Source: Hyphochytrium catenoides
Lineage: Eukaryota; Protista; Hyphochytriomycota
Reading direction: 5' to 3'
DNA length: 64,000 bases
Assembly (NCBI GenBank): GCA_900088475.1
Contig: FLMG01002850.1
Coordinates: 1-64,000 of the forward strand
A program made the position numbers and the translations under genes. The notes under the pieces were generated by a model. It was not told the DNA's origin, ran no database searches, and worked only from the letters and a program-made list of their open reading frames with translations. Of this stretch, positions 51,624-62,800 are shown piece after piece (the first letter of the stretch is position 1; the number at the start of each line of letters is the position of its first letter).

Positions 51624-52533
51624 AAAGAAGCATCGCAAGCCAGTGACGAGAGCTATTATTGTGGTCGGGCGATGCCCGTAGAGACCTTTATCAAGTGCAG
51701 GAGAGGACTACTACCCAATACCTCTAATGATATCTAATAACGCGCACTCCTTATTGTCCATAATAGCTCCTCTTGCATACCATAGGAAGCGTACTGGCAG
51801 AGGGGTCAGCTTTTGCCTTCGAAACGCTGCATTGCAGCCTGCCATCTGCTTCAGAGCCAGAATGACCACCATGAAGATTAGCCTTACCGAGGTGGATCTA
51901 CGTGTTTCAAAACCCAATGACACAGAGGATACAGAATAGGGCAGACTCCTTAAGGCGAGGGTTTGCGCCCAACTGAAGAGGTTTCCCTCTTAGCTCTCTT
52001 CAACCTAGTCTCTTTCTCCCTCACTTCATATCGGGACTTGTGCTGCCCAACAGCCGTAGTCCAACATATCTTAGTGCATTTCTATAGTTACTAGCAGCTT
52101 ATGGGCCACCATAACCTCGAAGAAAGAGTCCAAGCCCTCCCGGGAACCTCCACCGAGCGATAGATGCGACAAGCTATGTCAAGTGAACCATCACCGCCAC
52201 GGCAACGTTGATCTCATGGGATGGCGTAAAACGACCATAGAACTCCGGTCCAGTGGGTCGCAGGTAACTGTGTCTCTAGCCGGTTTTGCGTGCTAGAATG
52301 GTTGTCAACATCCTCCCACTAACTGGCGGAGCCAGCCAAGATCTCCACTTCCTACAGGATTACTTACCGCTGCTCTTCTACGTCGTGAGCTCTCCTCGTC
52401 TGAGAGTCTGTGCAAGTAGTCTCTTAACTGACTTCGTCGTTCCCTCTATACGCTATCTCATCCTAGTATTTCGTCTCTCTTCCAGAGAGGCTGAGCTCTG
52501 GAAACAGGGCCCTGTCGTCCTCTTCACTATCCT

Positions 52534-52569
52534 TCAACAACCAAGACTGCATCAACAACCAAGACTGCA
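52534..52569. repeat. Perfect 18-bp tandem duplication (TCAACAACCAAGACTGCA x2)
   Basis: Read directly from the sequence. Confidence 0.95.
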
Positions 52570-53201
52570 CTCCTCAGCTGTTGATGGACTCCGGAGTGTC
52601 GCTGCAGGTAGTCAATCTTCCAGGTGCTGTTGTTTCCCTCCTCCCAGAGCTCCATGCTTGGTGATGTTCGTACCAACATCAGAAGAGACAGAAACCCATG
52701 GGTCAACCAGGTAATGTAAGCTGACCCATGGATGGACCTGGGTGAAGGTTTGCTTGATGTTCTCGGCATCATCGCATCAGAGAGAGAAGTGAGTCCTCTC
52801 CTCTCACTGCAAGAGAGGGAGGACAAAGTCAGCATTATTGTTCCTCCTTCATAGCTACTGTCTGCTTGAACCTCTCTGGACATCTGCTCCTTGATGTTCC
52901 GTCATCTGCAAGGAGCTGCCAAGCTCTTTTGTCTACAATCATAAGTCTTCTCCTCTCGCCAGAAGTTTCTTTGTCTTGACTTTGCTTTGCTCCCTTTCAT
53001 TGCACTCTCCTCGCTCTCATCTCTCCAAGGCTTCCTTTGCTCGCTTGTCGCTAGACACCAGACGCAATCTGTGCGAACAGGAACAGCTGGAAACAGGCGG
53101 GGCCAGGGCAAGAGGAGGATGACTGGCAAGGGATAGAGTATCCGTAAAGGAAAGAAAGGAGGAGAAGAAGAGAAGAGAGAGTGTGTCCCTCTTTCTCAGC
53201 C

Positions 53202-56200
53202 ATGGGGAAAGCACAGTACCAACTTGTCAACACCTCTGGCCTGCTAATGACACCGTGGCTGCAGTACTTGGCAAGATGGCACTCGACTACTGAGCTCTTT
53301 CTGCTGCATCGGGTACCGCAAGTATGGCGCTTCTTGCTATGGTTGACGGGATTGCAGCATGCGAAGTTTGGAGTGTCCCTTAGAGACATGTGAGACCTAG
53401 TCTTTGAACCGGCCACAAGCCATTTTTGCCGTTCCCACCATCAATAACTCTTTTGTTAATCATTGGTCCTTTGTTTTCCTGTTGATCCGCTTCGTGGGTC
53501 TTTCTTGGTTCTCTTTTTCACAAGAGGGTCGTGCGCAGCAACGGTCACACTCTGGCCAGGAGCAATGTCCATCGTACCTTCGTTCCTTGTACACCCCACA
53601 AGTTTACACTGATTCTCCTAACCGTCGTCCGATCCTCCTTCCCTGACGGCAGTGGTTGGGTGGAGCAACTCCGCCAGCAGCGGCAGCTTGGCTACTCTGT
53701 GGTGCTCGCGTCTCTCACCCTACGCTTAGCCACAGCTCTGGGCACTTTGACGTGGAAATCATTTGCTCCCAAAACTGTGTTGAGGCAGCTCCTTGTAGCC
53801 ATTGTCTTCCGTTGCTTCTATTTATTAGGCACATGGGCCTCATCGGTAAGAACACCCGCTATTGTGGGGATTAATGAGTGTAGAAGGAGGACCCGATGGA
53901 GAGCAAAAGTAAATGTTGAGGTCGCCTATGGCAGAGCAAGGATGGCGAGAGAAGAATATACACAGGGGTAAGGCACAACGGGATCCAGGACAAAGTCACG
54001 TTAAGGCTCAACAGGTTGCAAAACACGTTGGGCCAATTCGCATTGTATTATTGGGGTTGTAGGGAAGCCGATAGAGCTATTGGAAGGAAGGACAACGGGC
54101 GCTCACGGTTCAGAGACGTCACGCTAATTAGTACTAATGTCCTGAAATCTGGCTGCTATGTCTCTTTTCTCTTCAGATTCCTCTTCAAGGCATTCGCTCC
54201 TTAACTACGAAGGGACGTAAGATTCTGGAGATTCAAAGCAATTTGACTAAAGTCAAGTCATACAGAGAATGGAGACAGGCAAGAGATCAGCTGCAACATT
54301 TAGCGCTCTTGTCCCGCACGGTCGCTTGGACCATTCTATGTGCTCCCTTGACCTCATCATATATCTTTTTATATCTCTTACACCTTGCCCACCTCAACTC
54401 CCATGCTGTACACGAATCATCTTTCACGTTGATGCTCACCTCTTCCATCTCTCTTTGTTGGGGGCCAAACACAATAGGAGGCGGCGAAGTATGATCGGCT
54501 TACCAAGTGCGATAGCTGGAGAGCCATTGACAAGAGTGACGTTTATGACGAGTCAACCCTTAGGGTCAAGATTGATACACTTCAGGTAAAATATAGCCCC
54601 CAACACCTTCATACCAGGCACTTGAGAGGCGAACCTATCTCTGTTGATCGGTTTGCCCTCTNNNNNNNNNNNNNNNNNNNNNNNNNNNNNNNNNNNNNNN
54701 NNNNNNNNNCAGAGAAGCTGTGGGAAAGATCCCTTCTTGGGACCAAGCACATTGTGCACGAATACCAGGTAGGGAAAGGTTACGCCGAAGGAAGTTTGGG
54801 AAACGTGGGGCATTTCCGGGTCAGATGAGGCAAGGGAGACTATGGTCCTTGGAGAACATGGAGAACGAGAGCCGTCCACATAGAGGCCTTTACCAGGGAC
54901 AGACGAAGAGCCAACTTACCTAGCGACATGAACGGAGAGAGGACTCAATCTCAACTGCTATGGCTTATCTTTGTAGGAGCTGCTATGCAAGTGCCTGACG
55001 GCTATCAGCGACTCTTCACTAATGGACCAGTCTGCTGGGGTGAATACTGTGCAGAAGCTAGGATTCTTCAATGAAGTCAGGCATGCGTATGGAAGGTAAG
55101 GAACTTGGGGCAACTTTGAATTGTGTTGGACAACGGCAATGTGGCACTCCACTTATCCTTCGCACGTTCGTATTTCGTGAGAGTGGGAGGACCAGGGAAC
55201 AAGCGCTGTGTGGTTGCTAAGTTCGACACTATGTTCTTTGTGAGACCCCTTCTGTGGCTTCTCCATGCTTTTCCTTTTGAGTCTCTTGGCCTTGTGACCT
55301 CTTGGCTGTATTCTGCCCTCCTTTACATCAGCTGCTAAATATCAATGTTCAACATCATAAATCAATAGGACTGCGCTGCTTCTTTCAGGCGGAGCATCTG
55401 CAGGATTCTACCATCTTGGCGTCATTAAGGTACGTGTTCGTCATCTGCACTGTAATAACCCATTAGCCCGGCTTTCGTCTATGCTTTCTTTGCCTCTTCT
55501 TGATGCCTTTCACAAGTGCGACTCTGTCATTGGCTTTTCTACTCGATCGATTACGGGCGAAGTAGGCGCCATTGGAGTACAAATCTCTGCTTTTCTTCCT
55601 TGACTTGGTTCTCTATTCAGGCGCTACTAGAGCAGCGCATTCTGCCGCGCATTATTTCTGGCTCCTCTGCGGGATCCATTATAGCGGCTGTCGTTGCACA
55701 CAGGACTGACGAAGAGCTGGTTGAGTTGTTTAAGCCAGGTACGGGCCATCACTTGTCGTTTACTTCTGCTTCTGTGATGGGGGATCTTCCACCGCTAATG
55801 GCACCCACTCAAACGCGATGCCGCACTATAATGTCAAACTCTGAAGAAAGTGTTCCAACTTAACGAGGCTTCCCTCATAGGTGGGATTCACCTTGACTTC
55901 TTCGCACCGGAGCGCAGCTCGATGAAGCGGCACAACTCAACCGGGAATCTTCGCTCAACTTGGAACGAGGGCATGATGCTTCTCCCGCAACCTCTGCAGC
56001 AGCTACTCTCCTTGCTAAGAGACTTCTTTTGGAAGAAACAGAAGTTAATAATGGACAGGTGATAAAACTTCGGATCTAGAACGTTATAAAGAATTGTTAT
56101 GCGAGAAGAGATGACGTCTTGATGGGTATGCCTCTCATTCTTAGCCTTCCTCACTTCTTCTAACAACTTCTCATCATCCTGCTACGGTGCGCTTTGGGTT

Positions 56201-58703
56201 GGTCAATCGCTCATCTCTCCTGTCGTAGCGACCATCTGGGCCAGAACATTCGTCGAAATGTAGGTGGAGATTACACCTTCCAAGAAGCGTTCGACCGCAC
56301 TGGGCGAATTATAAACATTACTGTTGCGACGACATCTGAAAAGGGAGTGCCCCGACTCCTGAACTATCTTACTGCGCCACATGTCGTGATATGGTACCGC
56401 CCCATACGATAAACCCTCTGTCTTTTGCACCGAAGTTCCGAAGTCGCGGTGGTGATATATATTTCCAGAAACCTTTCCTTGAGTAGCGACATTACCCTAC
56501 TCATGTCTGCAGTGCCTGTTCAATGATCTCTCACCTTAGCTCCTTTAACTCTACTCAGGTCGGCGGCACTCGCCTCATCTTCTGTGCCCGGAGTTTTCCG
56601 TCCAGCCAAGCTGCTGGCGAAAGACAAGTAAGTTAGCTCAGAGGGATGTTAGAGAAGGGCCAAGAGTGACGCTGGCGCAGTTGGGCCCCCGCAGAAGTTG
56701 TCGCTACCTCGTAGCCTCACATCCCCTGGTCCTTGGCTTAGGTATGGGAAAATTCGCTATTGGCAGCAAGACGATCGAGGCGCGGCAATTAGCAAGTGGA
56801 GTGATGGCAGTGTAGAATGGGATCTACCTATAGACCGTCTGAGAGAGCTGTTTAACGTGAACACCTTCATTGTCAGCCAGGTACGTGGATGTTTTCTCCT
56901 CGCGCTCTGCACCACCCCTAGGGTTGGAGGCTTCCCTATCTATAGCTGTAGCCTATCTGCCATCCCTTTCAAGTGTTTCGCAAGCTTGTTATCCTTGTTG
57001 CTCTTACTTCTTTCTCAATATCAGGCTTTAGTCTATTGTACTTTCTTCTTCACCCTCCTGCTTCCAGCCCTCTCCACTATCGACACGCTACCCAGAGTCT
57101 CAACTCTTTGGAGTCTCCAGAGGTCATGCTGCATGCTATCCCATTGATTGTAGTCATGCCGCTTTCATGCTCTCACAGGTCAACTTCCACGCATTGTTCT
57201 TGGTTTCAAGCGGGGGTAGCAAGAACATGTTGATGGCCCTCAGTAACTTTCTAAGAGCGGAGGTGAAGTCCTATATTCAAAACCTCAGTGAAATTGGGAC
57301 CAGAACCTCTACCTTCAAGCCCCTAGGACTAGCCATAGTAAACCTCTTAACGCAAAAGGTAAGCGAACGGAAGAGGCTGAGTGGACATACCTATGTTACT
57401 CTGATGCTCTATTATCCGGTAAAGTATGAGGGAGATGTTACAATCTTCCCAACACATGGCGAGTCTTTGGCACTGATACTGCACAAAGTTCTTTCGAATC
57501 CAACCCCCCAGGTAGGAACTCCCTTTATATCTTTGTCTACGGGTTGCTACACATTCCGTAAGAGAGGATCTTTCCACACCTATCTGTTGTCGTCTCTCCG
57601 TGGACCTGTGGGTCCTCTCCCCTCTCCATCTTAACCTCAATGTATAAAGAAGGTCGCAAAGTAACGCCTACTGGTGCCCGTAGGAGCTGGAGCATATTAT
57701 CGCTCTATCAGAAAGGAATACCTGGCCAATGGTCCCACGGCTGAAGACTTTGCTGCAAGTTGAGATAGCGATGGACATCTGCGTGCAGAGGTGCCTTCCT
57801 AGCCTACCATTACTTTCTTCAGTTTTCGTCCATTTATTTACTGATATGTCATCTTAATATTCTCTGGTTCCTTCCGCTTTATCTCTTATCCTGGGGCTTA
57901 GAGACTTCTTGGTCCATGCATGTATATGATCTCTCTCGTAAGCATAGTTCATTGTCTGATCGGCGTAACGTTAAACCAATCACCTCAGGTTACGGACACA
58001 ACTGGCAAGGGAAGCTGAAGACATGGAAGGCAGCAATGACAGTGCAGGATCAAGCCCATCACACAAGCAAAACATTGGCCGCATTCCGTCGTTCTTCACA
58101 TCGTCCAGGTTAGCAAAGTTCTATCACTGTGTCGTAGTCTTAAGTTCTTCTCCATCACCTAGCGGTGACCTACTTGTCTACTCCTTCCCCTCTTAATCCC
58201 TTCCCCTCTTAATCCCTTTGGTTCAAGTGCTTAGTGCCATTTTACGAGTTAAAACTAACTAACCAACACCCGACCGGATCTTCTTGGTTTGACTCTCCTT
58301 TGCGGAACTTTGCCTGTTGACAGTGGTGATCGCTTGGTCTCGCTAGCGGATAGCCAACAACCTCCTCTGGAACCCGGTAAGAAGCTGCTTCCTCTTGGTT
58401 TGGGGTTCGCACGTTTAGCTACTTGGCCTTTTGTTATGAATGTGGTTCTGGTTCTTCACCCTCCTTCCTAGTCTTTTGCTCATGCTTATGTTCTCCCAAC
58501 CTACATGCAAACTCCACCTGCATCTGCTTGGTGTGTGTGCCTTTTGCTGTTCAGCTTTAGCAGGCAGTCCAATCCTTCAACTTCAAGAGCTAGCAAGCCG
58601 AGAAGGGCGCTCAACGGGTCGGGAGCAGGAGACTAGTGGGATAGGCAGTAGGAAGACCTCTATGTCCAACTTCTACTATCGGCATTGGGACCAACGGCAG
58701 TAG
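53202..58703 (+). CDS. Patatin-domain triacylglycerol lipase of the SDP1/TGL3-5 type
   Basis: SYREWRQ|EAAKYDRL, SLLGTKH, FFNEVRHAYGR|TALLLSGGASAGFYHLGV, ILPRIISGSSAGS, TFQEAFDRTGRIINITV, LLNYLTAPHVVIW, WSDGSVEWDLP..RLRELFNVNTFIVSQVN, YEGDVTI. One exon is partly hidden in the N gap near 54662-54710; the start is inferred. Confidence 0.92.
58185..58216. repeat. Perfect 16-bp tandem duplication (TTCCCCTCTTAATCCC x2) in a lipase intron
   Basis: Read directly from the sequence. Confidence 0.95.
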
Positions 58704-59800
58704 GGTATCCTGCTTCTGTAAGGCCAACTTGTCCTTCAGTATCTCTTAGACTAAATAGTCTAAGCACGAAGCTGGCAAAAGGTTCAGCTCTTGATCAACT
58801 CTACGACGCTTCAGCGTCTCGACAATACCATGCGTGGCACATAGATGATGGCTTCCGCCGCTAGGGACGACCAGCAGTAGCGGCCCACTTACAATTACCA
58901 CTCGACCAGCGTACAAGGCCTCAACCGATATCAAAGCTACTTGCAAGCTAGATACCCGAGCCGCTCATCTCGTGGATACGACTCAAGGCTCTCAAGCCAA
59001 AGAAACTCTTTATGCTGCTCCTTGTAGCTCGGATCCTTGTTCTTGCCTCCTGCTGAAGAAGTTCACCATGTTGATGGTCCATCTATGGGCTCATCTAGCC
59101 ATTGGAGCTTCCTGACATTCTGTCCGCCGCCTGCCTGCCCATAGCTCTGCCCATCATGCATTTGAATGCGAGTAAGCTGGACAGCTGAGGATGCCTTCCT
59201 TATTCTCAAATATATTCCTCTACCGGCTCCGTCTAACAAACCTGGCGATAATGCTAGAGTCATGATACTAATATAACCAGTCTTTGCTAGGGCCTAACCT
59301 TATATTGTCGCATTATCTGCTTAGCCTGCTGCTTTGCCTGAAATAATTGGCTTTTTGGTAGGATACTAGATAGGCGTTACATTATTAGACCAACAGAGAG
59401 CAGACCTGTGTGCAGCTGTTGGCTGCTGATGTGCATCACTCCTCGCTTCTTCCCTTGTCCCTCTGGTCCGTTCTGGCTCTCTTTGCTGTCTCTCGCACAT
59501 CGTTCTTCCCCTGGTAGTACTACGTAGGCATCTTCGATGGCTTTCCTGAAGGCGGGTAGCTCCCGTAGTTCTAGATGAGTGACAGCTCAGCAGTGCCATC
59601 ATGCAGCGATCGTATCACCATCACTGACGAGGATCAACGTCCTACTGACTCTGCCGTTTGCCCTTTCTCGAAGGCGAGACTGAGACCCTTAGTGCAGAGA
59701 TACTAACAGTTTGGGAGCACCGTAGAGCGAGCAGCCGAGTGAATGTCGAGAAATGAGATAAGTATGATAAGGATATAATAGTGCCGCCAAGGAAGACGGG

Positions 59801-62800
59801 ATGGCTCTCGGTGGAATGAAAGAAGTATCGCTTGCTGCAATTGAGTCCAGAGATGAAGGAGACAACGAAGAGGAAGCCTATCAAAGGCATCGAGAGGTTG
59901 GCAGACAAGACTTCAGTCCCCGAGGGACAGCCGATGGCACAGTGCCAGTCCGTGAGAGATCACTCACGGATCTCATGAGTGAGGATGATATAGAGGCGCG
60001 ATATAGAGGCTACGGGTTCTCGAGAAAGCTGAGGAAAGGGGAGAAGGAAGAGGCTGACGGAGATCCGTAAGTGTGGATGGACTTTCCGCGTCCTTTCTCC
60101 TGCCATTGCGTCTGTTGCCTCGCATTTTAGCGTGCTTTCTTTCAGCGTGCCTTCTGTCATCCCTAAACAGCTCTCTGAATTTGGCAGCCACTTGGTTGTT
60201 CGCCGGCCTTCACTTCCAAGCTCTATACAATTCTTGCCAAGCTTGCTTCAACACTTTTCTTGGATCTAGCTTGGTCTTTCTTGCTTCTCAATTGCTCTGG
60301 GCTCGCTTTCAACAGCCTGGGTGAATTTCTTATACCTGGCTAAGTCTAGTGATCTCTTACATTGATTCATCTCTCTTTGTGTTCCCGCTCTGTGCTATGG
60401 ACTGCGGTTGCAGCGAGACCGGAAACACTTCTCCAGACCAGGCAAGCTTTGAGGTTAGGGTGTAACTCGTCTTTGTTAGCAGTCTTTTGCAGAAGGACTA
60501 AGCTCCTTCTCCTTATTCCAAGGTCTATCCTCCTTCTAGCAAATGGCATTGACCTCTTCAACTGTCTCCTTACGATGTTTTCCTCTAAATTCTTGTTGTA
60601 CGTATTCTTTCTTCTATTCAACTTCCCTCTTGCTCGCTGTCACCCAGTGTCCTTCGTCCTGAATCTTACCTACTCTATCTTGGTTATTGCAGTATCTCCA
60701 CTCCTTCCACGAGCCGCCACTCTCTTCTGGCAAGGAACCAACAACCAGCAGTCGCCCTGCATTTCGTCGCCAGTTCTCCATCCCTATCGTTGGACCAGCG
60801 ACTGGAGCAGTAAAGTACAGAAGCGGCAGGCTTGCTAGTCCGCAGCAACAAGAATCATTCTCCTTGGTTAGCATCCTCCTTCCCGCTCTCTCGCTGTCTC
60901 TTCCCTCCTCTCTTTCTGTTCGTCTTCTACTCTTCTGCCCTTGCTCGAGTGTCTTCTCCTGTGAATACACCTGTTTGGGGAGCGTCCATGCCTGTCGTTC
61001 TCTTCATTTACAGCCTCCTCACTTTTGCTATTCACCCGATTATTCACTGCCATCCGCATGCTGTACTCCTATCTTATCTCTTGGGCCAGTCACGTTCTCA
61101 TAACCTTACTCTGCTTTCCTCTACAATGGTGGGTCGGCTCTTGGTTAGAGTGATATAGACAGATACCTCGGTAGGACAAAACCTCCAGCGGTCGAGGTAA
61201 GCTGAGATAACGACTAGGCTTCATCTGCCTTCAGCGTCTCTGATCGCCTTAACCTCTTTGGGTACCAACACTAACCGTCCTATCTTCCCGTTTGCTGCTC
61301 TTCTTATGATCTGGTTCCTTTTAAAATGCTACGCTCACTCTGTCTCTAAGATGTGTGTCGCTTATGCCTGGTCTCCCTCCTCGTGCACGCAGTACTTGAT
61401 GGTTGAGGTCATCGTAACGAGGAATATATGCAACCTTAGCCATCTGGGTCGCTGGGGCCACTCCGCCATTAGGTATACCTGACTCGTAATCCATTTACGT
61501 CTAGGTTCTGTGAGCTCACCTATTCACTTTTGAGTTGTTTTCCGTCCCACCCCGTGTCATTACGGCTCATCCCTCTTTTTCGAGTGCGAGAAACCTTTGA
61601 GTCTGTCTGCTCCCTCGCTATTGAGCTGCTCTCACCTAACTTGGTACCTTCAATAAGCTGAGCAAGAAGCTCCTAACACTTCTTGCTGCGCTGGATATAG
61701 ATACACCACGCCAAATGGCGATCAGAAGCTAGTGAATATATGCAGGCCTTCTGATGGTCAGGAGCTGATCGAGTTCTATGATGATCCAGCCGACTACATC
61801 CTCGGGATCAAAGGAAAGGTAAGCTTTACCACTTAATCGTGTGAGGAGTAGAGTCAAAATGAGAGAAACCAAATTACCGAGAAGCCACGTCTGTGCTGCT
61901 TGTCCTAGGCTGTCTCTTGCACGGCATCCTATCGAATTCTCTCCTCTGACGCAGCTACCTGTCTTTATGCTTCTTTACATGGCGTGCCTCAACTACCCAC
62001 CATCTCGCGACGCGTTTGCGACTCCTTCGAGGTCGATGACTGCCTTTTCTGTATTCCGTCTCGTTACAGTTCCTTCTTCCAACAATTGACTAATATCCTC
62101 ATCGCTCTCCCCATCAACTCTATTGCTCGTCTCGCTATAGGGTGGAATATTCTCTCGCGACATCGTAGGCATTCGGATAGAGGAGTTGAACTCATCCTCT
62201 CTTTGGGCATTACACTATCACTTTTTGTCTGTGGCAAATAGATTCCGCGCGGATGGAAAGGGCGTGAGCTTTAGCATCACCGGAGGATTCTGGCACAATG
62301 CTCTTCGTTCGTTCTTCAGGCTCCGCAGGTTGGGCAGTTCCATTTCAGCTCCGCATACCTTCTGTGGCATGGATTATCCTTACTTCCAGCAGTTTTGGGT
62401 CTGGAGTTTCAAATGCGACGCGCTTGCCCGTCTCTTCTTCCTAGCATTCATAGTTCTATCCATCGTACTGTTCTGCCTGCGCTCCTTACCTGTTGTGAAA
62501 GAGTTCCCACATGTGTCCCCGCTATCCTTGGCCCCTTCCAAAGTTAGCGGAGCGAGGTGCCCGACCCTTGATGCTGACCAATTGACCATTTCTGATGCCT
62601 ACTCTGTCTCTTTCTCCCTCACTGCTGTGGTTTTCCCGTATCCATATTAAACCCTAGTAAACCTACTGGTAATTGCGCTCGTTGGGTCTCGAACGGACTG
62701 TGCTGCGCAAACCTGCTAAGCAGAGCGAGCATGTTCCCTAAGTTCGTTTTTGTAGAGGTGTTGGAGGATCAGGTGCATTCCTGGCTCGATAAGATAGAGC

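Noticed and set aside
52527-53129. Two in-frame minus-strand ORFs separated by one TGA (possible Sec or readthrough)
   Set aside because: No recognisable domain, redox motif or SECIS; the region is most simply the lipase upstream spacer.
58746-59602. Short minus-strand ORFs between the lipase and paralog B (possible TE relic)
   Set aside because: No RT, integrase or transposase motifs, and no terminal repeats.
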